NCBI GenBank assembly: GCA_028286905.1
Contig: JAQBQP010000002.1
Location: forward strand, 1 to 54,970
DNA from: Candidatus Doudnabacteria bacterium
GTDB taxonomy: Bacteria > Patescibacteriota > Doudnabacteria > UBA920 > VMFF01
Length of the DNA stretch: 54,970 nt
Reading direction: 5' to 3'
Made by a program: the position numbers and the translations under genes. This document shows positions 14,773 through 22,258 of this stretch, in pieces. Below the pieces are notes generated by a model, which made no database searches, was not told the origin of the DNA, and saw nothing but the letters and a program-made list of their open reading frames with translations. Position 1 is the first letter of the stretch; the number at the start of each line of letters is the position of its first letter.

Positions 14773-15345
14773 ATGTTTGAGACCAGACTGAATTTGGAAG
14801 AGCGGTTGAGCATGGCGAACATCGCTGGGACCGAAGCGTTCTATCTCAGTGCGCAGGGGCCGGCGAATACCGTTGCTCGGAAGCTCGAGGAAACGCATCG
14901 CTGGCGGCAGGTGAAGGAGTGGTTGCCGAAACCGGAGCTGGATCTGCTAGTAGCAAAGGTTGAAGGATTCAGGCTACTGCGGTCTGCGGCATTCACCAAC
15001 TACTTCTCGGTCGCCGATGTATTGGCGATCATTCTGCACTTCGGCCTTAGCAAAAGCCCCATTCCGCAGAAGAAGTTGTTCGCAAAGAACTACGGAGAGA
15101 ATTGGCCGATTCCTGAAGCCGAAAAGTCTCAGACCGTCAGTCTGCAGACCTTGAGCAATATCGGCGCCGGGCTAGCCAATGCTTCTCTGGTTCGGGAGCA
15201 TGTCGTTGATGTGCAGAAGGCCGCGTCTCTGGAGAACGCTTTCAGAGTCTTGCTTAGGGAGGCGAGCAGTTTCCCGAGGAAGTCGCGCGGCGCCATTTCC
15301 GTCCGGAAGTTCAAGGCGGAAAGAAGTGCAAGGAGGAGTGTGTAG
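14773..15345 (+). CDS. GC-rich orphan protein, 190 aa (island 5)
   Basis: SD GAGGT 4 nt upstream of ATG 14773. The TTG at 14686 on the ORF track lies upstream of the promoter. Confidence 0.5.
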   Translation: MFETRLNLEERLSMANIAGTEAFYLSAQGPANTVARKLEETHRWRQVKEWLPKPELDLLVAKVEGFRLLRSAAFTNYFSVADVLAIILHFGLSKSPIPQKKLFAKNYGENWPIPEAEKSQTVSLQTLSNIGAGLANASLVREHVVDVQKAASLENAFRVLLREASSFPRKSRGAISVRKFKAERSARRSV

Positions 15346-15366
15346 TTGCGTTTCAGTACGCGCGAG

Positions 15367-15405
15367 AAGGCCGGAGACAGCAATGTCGACGGCCTTTTCT
15401 TATTT
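15367..15405 (+). terminator. Family-1 hairpin terminator
   Basis: AAGGCCGGAGACAGCAATGTCGACGGCCTT followed by a T-tract. Confidence 0.7.
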
Positions 15406-15433
15406 GTCGAGACGTTCTTGTTTTTGTTATAAT
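15404..15433 (+). promoter_or_regulatory. Promoter TTGTCG-N18(TGt)-TATAAT driving gcRNA-E
   Basis: -35 at 15404-15409 and -10 at 15428-15433. Confidence 0.6.
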
Positions 15434-15747
15434 TTCTTTAAGTCGTGGTAGGAACCCTGTCTCCTCACTGTTGCTATAAGCCGGTGCATACCAGAATCAC
15501 GATTTATTATCCCGATCCGACAGGGACCCTTGGCAGGGAGCAGTGCAAAGGGATAACTCACTGGCTGTAGCATACAGCTTTGCAATTAACCAGTTAAGTC
15601 GGGTTAAATGCCTGTGAGCGGAATTCTTCCTCCGAAAAACGAATGAGAGAGAAAGCTCATTCACCCCAGAGAATGTCGGACGGCCGGAATCGTCTGACCC
15701 ACGCCAATCAAAAATTTGTTAGACTCTGGGCACAAGAGAAGGCGGTA

Positions 15748-15820
15748 AACGCGTAACTCTAATTGGCCGAGTTATGTCTGCAGCTCTGGGGACATTGCGG
15801 GTTCGAATCCCGCACGTGTT
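15748..15820 (+). ncRNA. tRNA-like element (73 nt) with canonical acceptor, D and T arms and an aberrant anticodon arm
   Basis: Acceptor AACGCGT / ACGTGTT (7 bp, one G-U). D arm CTC-TAATTGGCC-GAG. T arm GCGGG-TTCGAAT-CCCGC. The middle arm is ATGTC/GACAT with a 12-nt loop and a 1-nt variable region. Confidence 0.45.
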
Positions 15821-15874
15821 TATGATGAGTAGCATACCCAATGTTCTGATGGAGGAACGTTAACTGTAGGTGTG

Positions 15875-15913
15875 AAGAGCCCGATGTTCATTTGTCGAGG
15901 CTCTTTTGTTTTG
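15875..15913 (+). terminator. Terminator of gcRNA-E (AAGAGCC / GGCTCTT + TTTGTTTTG)
   Basis: 7-bp stem with an inner extension, followed by a T-tract. Confidence 0.65.
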
Positions 15914-15945
15914 TCATACTAATACCATAATTGATTAAACAGCTT

Positions 15946-16635
15946 ATGAATAAAATTACTGCCTGGGTCAAAGATTACGCGCATATGTTTAATGTCGGTT
16001 CGCTGCAATATTTTAGAAGAACTCCGCCGAAACATTATTTAGGTCATGTTATTGACGGAAAAGTTCCGGTTATAATTTTGCCAGGAATTTTTGGTCGTTG
16101 GGCATTCTTAAAACCCATGGCGGATCATATTTCGTTGTTAGGACATCCAGTTTACATTGTTCCGAAGTTGGGAAATAATATTGGGGACATTCCTTCTTCT
16201 GCAAAAAAAGTAAAAGAAGTTATCGATGAAAATAATATAAAGAATGTTATCATTGTCGCGCATAGCAAGGGCGGCTTAATTAGTAAGTACTTGATGCTGC
16301 ATGAAGATCCGGAAAAACGGGTTAAAGGATTGATTGCGGTCGCCACTCCATTTCACGGTTCGTCGATTGGTAAATTAATACCAAGCTATTCAATTCAAGA
16401 ATTGTCGAGTGATAGCGATATTATTTTATACTTAGTTTCGCACACCGAGGCTGATAGTAAAATCGTTTCAATAATTCCGCAGTATGATAATCATGTTTGG
16501 CATGAAAAAGGAAGTCACCTAGATGGTGCTATGGCGAACATTGAAGTTGAAACCAGCGGACATCACAAAGTCTTAGATGATAAGAAGGTTTGGGATTTAG
16601 TAGTAGAATGGATTGAAAAAATTTCACGTTTATAA
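15946..16635 (+). CDS. Alpha/beta hydrolase (lipase/esterase-like)
   Basis: Nucleophile elbow VAHSKGG. I prefer the ATG at 15946 over the TTG at 15931. Confidence 0.7.
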   Translation: MNKITAWVKDYAHMFNVGSLQYFRRTPPKHYLGHVIDGKVPVIILPGIFGRWAFLKPMADHISLLGHPVYIVPKLGNNIGDIPSSAKKVKEVIDENNIKNVIIVAHSKGGLISKYLMLHEDPEKRVKGLIAVATPFHGSSIGKLIPSYSIQELSSDSDIILYLVSHTEADSKIVSIIPQYDNHVWHEKGSHLDGAMANIEVETSGHHKVLDDKKVWDLVVEWIEKISRL

Positions 16636-16648
16636 TTTAAATAAAATT

Positions 16649-17260
16649 ATGCCTGCTAAATTAAAAGTTTTAGTTTTGAACGCTTCTTTAAAACACGGTC
16701 CGGAACTGTCCAATACCGAAGAGGTTGTAAATGTTGTTTTAGGAAAGATGCAGAAATTCTCTGAGATTGAATCCGAAATTATTCGGCTGTCTGATCAAAA
16801 CATTCCAGTTGGCTTGGGTTATAAAGAAAGCGATGATGATCAATGGCCAACAATTGTAAAAAAAATGGTAGCAGCAAATATTATAATTTTTGCGACACCA
16901 ATTTGGTGGGGTCAGCGCAGCAGCTTAATGCAAAGAATAATTGAAAGAATGGATGCTTTTGACGAAGGTACTGTACCGGAAGGACGTGGTGCGCTTTTGA
17001 ACAAAGTAGCCGGTGTGGTTGTTACTGGTAGTGAAGACGGGGCTCAGCAGGTCCTTGCTTCAATTATGGAAGTACTAACTTTTATGAATTTCACCTTACC
17101 GCCGCAGTGCTGCACTTATTGGGTTGGGGAAGTTGGCATGGACTCAAAAACAGATCGCGAACGCCGCTTGCAAAACCAAGCAGTCGGACAAATGGCTGAA
17201 GCTACTGCAAAAAATTTAATATACTACGCCCAATTGTTAATAGAACATCCTTTAAAATAA
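16649..17260 (+). CDS. Flavodoxin-like NAD(P)H-dependent FMN reductase family protein
   Basis: KVLVLNASLKH and IIFATPIWWGQRSS motifs. ATG at 16649. Confidence 0.65.
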   Translation: MPAKLKVLVLNASLKHGPELSNTEEVVNVVLGKMQKFSEIESEIIRLSDQNIPVGLGYKESDDDQWPTIVKKMVAANIIIFATPIWWGQRSSLMQRIIERMDAFDEGTVPEGRGALLNKVAGVVVTGSEDGAQQVLASIMEVLTFMNFTLPPQCCTYWVGEVGMDSKTDRERRLQNQAVGQMAEATAKNLIYYAQLLIEHPLK

Positions 17261-17264
17261 TTTC

Positions 17265-17924
17265 ATGCCCTTTGATCGTTTGTTCGACAAAATAACAAAG
17301 CATTTGATCGATTCGATAAAATTTAATTTTGGATTAAATTACGTTTTTGCCGCAGTCTTTACTTTGATTATAGTATCAACTGGGTTGGATGCTTTATGGT
17401 ACAAAACTTCTGTAAATAATCCGATTATTTATAACGCAGGGTTTATCTCAGCTGCAGTAGGCGGTTTATTACCAATATTATTCCCGCTAGGTTTTTATTT
17501 ATATGGCCGATATGTCAGGAATAAAAAATTCCAAGTCATTGGTTTGGCTTTAGGTCAAGCTGCTTTATTAGGATTAATAATTTCTTCATTCATAAAACTT
17601 TTTACTGGGCGAATTGCTCCGCATCAGCTTTTAGCGCCCACGGTGCTCGGCGGATTTAGATTTGGCTTTGATCGTGGCGGCGCATTTAATGGTTGGCCAA
17701 GTAGCCATACTACAGTTGCCTTTGCAATGGCAACTGCGCTAGCAACAATTTTTCCCGAGAAGAGAAAAATAATTTTGATCGCATATACTTACGCCAGCAT
17801 AATTGGCTTAGGCGTCTCCTTGAATATCCATTGGTTTTCAGATGTGGTTGCCGGCGCACTAATTGGTTACGCGATCGGTAAAGGGGTCGGCGCCGATTTT
17901 AAAAAGCTCTTGCCAGAAGTATAG
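17265..17924 (+). CDS. PAP2-family phosphatase
   Basis: KLFTGRIAP, PSSHT and HWFSDVVAG motifs (KxxxxxxRP / PSGH / HxxxD). Confidence 0.8.
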   Translation: MPFDRLFDKITKHLIDSIKFNFGLNYVFAAVFTLIIVSTGLDALWYKTSVNNPIIYNAGFISAAVGGLLPILFPLGFYLYGRYVRNKKFQVIGLALGQAALLGLIISSFIKLFTGRIAPHQLLAPTVLGGFRFGFDRGGAFNGWPSSHTTVAFAMATALATIFPEKRKIILIAYTYASIIGLGVSLNIHWFSDVVAGALIGYAIGKGVGADFKKLLPEV

Positions 17925-17954
17925 TTGACAATTAGGTAATGATTGATGTATACT
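17925..17954 (+). promoter_or_regulatory. Promoter TTGACA-N18-TATACT overlapping a 10-bp inverted repeat (TAATGATTGA ... TCAATCATTA, 17938-17972)
   Basis: Probable autoregulatory operator of the downstream MarR gene. Confidence 0.5.
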
Positions 17955-17984
17955 TGATAAGTCAATCATTATTCAACTATATTT

Positions 17985-18377
17985 ATGAACAATTCTCAAA
18001 ACAAATCTTTAAGTATTGTGATGCATTTGGTCCGATTGAATGCGTTAATAACTAGACGCTTTGGCGTTCAAGGTTTAGGCATTGGCGACTTTATGGTGCT
18101 TTATTATCTGAATGAAGCTGCAGACGGCAAATTGCGCCGGGTAGATTTAGCAGAAAAGCTCGGAGTAACTGCTTCTGGAATTACTCGAATGCTTTTACCA
18201 ATGGAAAAAATTGGATTGGTGAAAAAGGAAGTTTCCAAAGAAGACGCTCGGGTTACCTTTGCGGTTATCGCACCAGGGGGTAAACGAATGCTTGGTGAAT
18301 CAATAGAGCGAGCAGAGATGCTAAGTGAAGAAATACTTTATTCAAACAATGCTCAGAAGCTGCAAGAAATTTTTTAG
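17985..18377 (+). CDS. MarR-family transcriptional regulator
   Basis: Winged-HTH region LRRVDLAEKLGVTASGITRMLLPMEKIGLV. Confidence 0.75.
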   Translation: MNNSQNKSLSIVMHLVRLNALITRRFGVQGLGIGDFMVLYYLNEAADGKLRRVDLAEKLGVTASGITRMLLPMEKIGLVKKEVSKEDARVTFAVIAPGGKRMLGESIERAEMLSEEILYSNNAQKLQEIF

Positions 18378-18431
18378 CACGATTCTAAAGGATTGCCAGA
18401 GTAACGCTGAAATGGTAAAATCATAAAATCA

Positions 18432-19817
18432 ATGCGAGAACTAGACGATATTCATAAAGCAGCAAAGCAAAGCAAACAAGCCCAATTCAATGGGCTTCAT
18501 TTGCATCAGCAGATTTCATATCAAGAGCAAAAAGCTTTGGCAGCAGCAGCCCAAAAACTGGAAAGTAATTACAGCAATAATCAGGCTTTGCAGCAGCAGC
18601 CCAAACAATATCACGATCAATATATAGAGCAAATATCTCAGCCCGCAGTAAAACCCAATATTAAGGTTAAACAAAAAACTAAACATTCCTTCAAAAAGCG
18701 TTATTTGATGGTCCCTTTTACAATACTAGTACTTTTGACCGGAGCCTATTTTGGCGCGCGATTAGTGACTTTGGCTAGTTCTGTTTCAACATCCAATGAA
18801 AGCTTTTACAAAGCTTTAGGAAATAATATTGGCGCTGCTTTAGGTCCGGTTATTCCTAGTTTAAAAAATCTTGACCAAACTGCGCTCGCTGACGCCATTA
18901 AAAATAAAAAGACTCTAAATATTTTAATGCTTGGGTATGGCGGCGAAGGGCATGCCGGCGCTTACTTAACTGACACGATCATGTTAATGAGCGTTGATAC
19001 TTCGACTAATAAAGTCACATTTGTGCCGGTACCGCGTGATTTATGGGTAAAAATTCCCACAGCCGGCTATGACGGTTCATATGCAAAAATAAATTCTGCT
19101 TATTCAACTGGAATGGACTCTACCCACTACCCAAACAAGTTGCCACAGTTTACGGGCGTGAACGGACCTGGAAACCTGTCGAAATACGAGGTGTCCGAAG
19201 TTTTAGGCGTGCCAATTGATTATTATATCAGTGTGGATTTTTATGCTTTTAAAAATGTCGTTGATACTTTAGGCGGAGTGCAAATTGATGTGGAGAATGC
19301 TTTTACTGATTATACTTATCCAAGCGGCGATCAGAACGTCGATACTGGCTTTTGCAGTGCTGACGATTTGCCTGACAGTTTGATTACTACTTGTCGCTAC
19401 AAAAAATTACACTTTGATAAAGGTTTGCAATATATGGATGGTAGTCGCGCTTTAGAATATGCTCGTTCGCGCCATGCTTCCGGAGCAGAAGGTTCTGATT
19501 TTGCACGCAGTAAGCGCCAGCAAAAATTAATTGCTGCGATTGAACAAAAAGCAATTAGTGTTGGAGCGATCACCAAAATCTTTAGTTTGATAGATAGCGT
19601 CCAAGGCCATTTTAAAACGGATCTTTCGATCGCAGAGGTTAAAGACCTTGCGGATTATATTTCGGGGATTGATATGTCTAATGCAAAGCATTTGTCGCTT
19701 ACTGATCCCGGGCAAAATCTATTAGTCTCTGGCACCTCCAGTGACGGCCAATGGATTCTAAGCCCGCAAACAGATTTAAATGCGATCCATCAGTACATAA
19801 AAGCCAACTTGCAATAA
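18432..19817 (+). CDS. LytR-CpsA-Psr (LCP) family protein with a Gln-rich N-terminal extension
   Basis: TM anchor followed by LMLGYGG...DTIMLMSVD, VPRDLWV and INSAY motifs. Confidence 0.85.
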   Translation: MRELDDIHKAAKQSKQAQFNGLHLHQQISYQEQKALAAAAQKLESNYSNNQALQQQPKQYHDQYIEQISQPAVKPNIKVKQKTKHSFKKRYLMVPFTILVLLTGAYFGARLVTLASSVSTSNESFYKALGNNIGAALGPVIPSLKNLDQTALADAIKNKKTLNILMLGYGGEGHAGAYLTDTIMLMSVDTSTNKVTFVPVPRDLWVKIPTAGYDGSYAKINSAYSTGMDSTHYPNKLPQFTGVNGPGNLSKYEVSEVLGVPIDYYISVDFYAFKNVVDTLGGVQIDVENAFTDYTYPSGDQNVDTGFCSADDLPDSLITTCRYKKLHFDKGLQYMDGSRALEYARSRHASGAEGSDFARSKRQQKLIAAIEQKAISVGAITKIFSLIDSVQGHFKTDLSIAEVKDLADYISGIDMSNAKHLSLTDPGQNLLVSGTSSDGQWILSPQTDLNAIHQYIKANLQ

Positions 19818-19839
19818 AAAAGTGCTATACTTATAGCAA

Positions 19840-20457
19840 ATGCAAATAAAAATAAAACATCTTAATAAAGATTTTGAATGCGCTCTTATTTTAGGTTTAA
19901 TAATAGGAGTGTTTTTATTGCCCGCAATAAATAATTTTGTTTATGGCAGCAGCGCATTGCTATTGGATTTGGTTTCGATTTTTATCTTCCCGCTTGTTAG
20001 TGCAGCAGGCTTGTTTTTTAGCAAAATAATTTTTGCAAAAAATAAGGCGCTATTACAATTTATAAAGTTCGCATTGATAGGCGTTGCGAATACTGCGATA
20101 AATATCGGAGTATTTAATTTTTTTGTAAATGCCACCGGCATTACATCAGGATTACCATTGGTAATAATTTCCACTGTTTCTTTTTTCTCTGCGGTGGTAA
20201 ATAGTTACATTTGGAATACGCATTGGTCCTTTGAAGAAGGTTTTACAAACACTGTTTATCAATTCGAGAAGTTTTTCCTAATAACCTTTATCAGCTTGCT
20301 GGTAAATGATATTGCGATTATAATTGTTATTAGTTTATTTAACGGCGCATTTGCTCCAAAGGAATTGGCAAATATTGCTAATATCGTAGGTATCTTACTA
20401 TCAATGTGCTCGAATTTTACTGGATACAAGTATATCGTTTTTAATAAAAGGAAATAA
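19840..20457 (+). CDS. GtrA-family membrane protein
   Basis: The pattern FIKFALIGVANTAINIGVFNFF is typical of GtrA-like proteins. Confidence 0.65.
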   Translation: MQIKIKHLNKDFECALILGLIIGVFLLPAINNFVYGSSALLLDLVSIFIFPLVSAAGLFFSKIIFAKNKALLQFIKFALIGVANTAINIGVFNFFVNATGITSGLPLVIISTVSFFSAVVNSYIWNTHWSFEEGFTNTVYQFEKFFLITFISLLVNDIAIIIVISLFNGAFAPKELANIANIVGILLSMCSNFTGYKYIVFNKRK

Positions 20458-21183
20458 ATGAACGTAGTTTTATTGAGTTGTGCAACGTTCCTATCCACTT
20501 TATTTGGCGGACTTTTCGCTTTAAAAAACAAAAATCAACTGCATCTTATAATGGGTTTCGCAGCAGGTGTAATTTTAGCCGTTGTCAGCTTCGACATCTT
20601 TCCCGAAATTATCAGCGAGGTGAATAGAAACGGTTTTGATCCGATGCGTCCGATGATTGCGCTCGTTTGCGGGTTTTTAATTTTTCACATTTTGGAAAAA
20701 ATAATCGTAGTGCATCACTCCCATGAAGAAGAGTATGCTTTACATTCCCATCCGCATGTTGGAATTTTATCAGCGGTGGCATTAGCAGGGCACAGTTTTA
20801 TGGATGGAGTGGGCATTGGTTTGGGATTCCAAGTTAGTCCGGCAGTAGGAGCTTTAGTGGCTTTGGCAGTTATTGCACATGACTTTACAGATGGAATGAA
20901 TACCGTAACTTTAATGCTTACGCACAAGAACTCCTCCAAAAAAGCATTTGGTTACCTTTTGTTTGATGCAGTAACTCCTGTTTTAGGTGCTGCTTCAACA
21001 TTATTCTTTCACGTTTCTACCTCATTCCTTGTAGTATATTTAGGTTTCTTCGCCGGTTTCCTTTTATATATAGGAGCAAGCGATATATTGCCAGAAGCAC
21101 ATAGCAAACGCAGTTCCTTAATGACAGTAGCCATGACCGTTTTCGGTGTATTATTGACTTACACTATTTTAAGATTCGTTTGA
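20458..21183 (+). CDS. ZIP-family metal transporter
   Basis: His-rich loop HHSHEEEYALHSHPH. AHDFTDG and GASDILPE motifs. Confidence 0.8.
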   Translation: MNVVLLSCATFLSTLFGGLFALKNKNQLHLIMGFAAGVILAVVSFDIFPEIISEVNRNGFDPMRPMIALVCGFLIFHILEKIIVVHHSHEEEYALHSHPHVGILSAVALAGHSFMDGVGIGLGFQVSPAVGALVALAVIAHDFTDGMNTVTLMLTHKNSSKKAFGYLLFDAVTPVLGAASTLFFHVSTSFLVVYLGFFAGFLLYIGASDILPEAHSKRSSLMTVAMTVFGVLLTYTILRFV

Positions 21184-21238
21184 TGTATTTGCTCAAATTT
21201 TATATACTTATTAGGTAAAAAATATTAAAAATAAAAAA

Positions 21239-21430
21239 ATGCAAATTTCAAGTATGCAAGGTAAACGTTGGTTCATTTGGACAATAGTATTTTTGTTAGT
21301 TGCCGGGGTCGGTTTAGTAACTTATATTACATCAACCGATAGCAGCAATGATTCTTATGATACTACTGTTAAGCATCAAGTTACTCCTACTACAAACACA
21401 CCCGCAAAAACTACTCCAGTTAAAAAATAA
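21239..21430 (+). CDS. Small membrane-anchored protein
   Basis: 63-aa ORF with one TM segment and a Thr/Pro-rich tail. Confidence 0.35.
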   Translation: MQISSMQGKRWFIWTIVFLLVAGVGLVTYITSTDSSNDSYDTTVKHQVTPTTNTPAKTTPVKK

Positions 21431-21447
21431 TTTTAGGATTTAAATCG

Positions 21448-22011
21448 ATGAAAAAGTTTCTGATTTCGATTGTTGCAGTTTTGCTTATTGTTGGAGTTGG
21501 TATTTATTTTGCCAACCAAGATAGCAAGCCAGTTAAGACTAATGATTTCTCAAGTGTCCCTGGTGATTCGCAACTGTTAAATAATATGACCAAAGCCGGT
21601 TTGGATGCACTTTCCGCTGAAGGAACAGTCTTGCACATCCATCAGCACATCGATATTGTCATAAATGGTCAACCAATTACAATTCCTGCGCATGTCGGGA
21701 TCGGCAGTTCTTTTATTTCTCCACTGCACATTCATGATACTACCAATATATTGCACGTTGAATCGCCAGTTCAAAAAGATTTCACTCTTGGTCAGTTCTT
21801 TGACGAGTGGGGAGTCGATTTTAACAATCAATGTATTGGCACTTATTGTGTGGATGCCACTCATCAGCTCGTAGTCTCAGTGAATGGTAAACAAATCGAT
21901 AATCCAAGAGACCATGTTCTTGGCTCCCATGAAGAAATCTTTATTTCTTATGGAACCAAAGATCAAACCCCTCAGCCAGCAACCTCTTACACTTTCCCAG
22001 AAGGGTACTAA
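21448..22011 (+). CDS. Membrane-anchored extracytoplasmic protein with His-rich motifs
   Basis: N-terminal TM segment; HIHQHID and PLHIHD motifs. Function unknown. Confidence 0.5.
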   Translation: MKKFLISIVAVLLIVGVGIYFANQDSKPVKTNDFSSVPGDSQLLNNMTKAGLDALSAEGTVLHIHQHIDIVINGQPITIPAHVGIGSSFISPLHIHDTTNILHVESPVQKDFTLGQFFDEWGVDFNNQCIGTYCVDATHQLVVSVNGKQIDNPRDHVLGSHEEIFISYGTKDQTPQPATSYTFPEGY

Positions 22012-22258
22012 TAGCGAAAAAGAATAAAAGCTTTAGAAGGCTTTAATAATAAATACTTGATACTCAGTTCATTTCTGACAAAAAATACAGCATATGCTGT
22101 ATTTTTTTGAAACGAAATTCAATTCGATGAAGTATTTCATTAGTTAGATCCTTTTGGTCTTTACATTTCTCTCCCTTTCTGCTATAATGTAAATACAAAA
22201 CGTTACTCGTACCAAAATCGTGCGGGTAAAACCTTTTGAAACAAAAATACAAATAAAT

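Larger units (their letters stand above)
15440..15913 (+). ncRNA. gcRNA-E: ~470-nt GC-rich structured RNA candidate containing a tRNA-like module
   Basis: Has its own promoter and terminator. Multiple 6-7 bp hairpins (CCCTGTC/GACAGGG, GAATGAG/CTCATTC). No credible ORF. Confidence 0.5.

Noticed and set aside
2525-15383. Antisense and overlapping ORFs within the GC-rich islands. Examples are 2525..2809, 2721..2933, 2886..3140, 3110..3328, 6230..6499, 6333..6728, 7086..7382, 9593..9844, 9654..10058, 11472..11687, 11877..12098, 12830..13018, 12880..13131 and 15129..15383.
   Set aside because: Long spurious ORFs are expected in GC-rich DNA. These lack SD and promoter signals, overlap better-supported plus-strand ORFs, or run through terminator hairpins.
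249-15405. The recurring family-1/2/3 hairpins as a CRISPR array, or the islands as annotated mobile elements.
   Set aside because: The copies are kilobases apart with genes between them, they are not identical direct repeats, and no cas genes are present. I also found no integrase, transposase, inverted terminal repeats or clear target-site duplications. I therefore describe the repeats and do not call a mobile_element.
15440-15913. gcRNA-E, and also gcRNA-B and the region 50640-50900, as tmRNA, RNase P RNA or SRP RNA. These are the usual GC-rich RNAs found in AT-rich genomes.
   Set aside because: For RNase P, I find no GGAAAGTCCGG (P4) or ACAGAANCCGGCTTA box. For tmRNA, I find no 5' GGGG...UUCGAC paired to a 3' ...CCACCA end and no tag ORF ending in hydrophobic-AA-stop. 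For SRP, I find no domain IV GGAA loop with the AGCAGC motif. The T-arm in gcRNA-E belongs to a contiguous 73-nt tRNA-like unit, which does not match the split tRNA-like domain of a tmRNA. Only a covariance-model scan can settle this.
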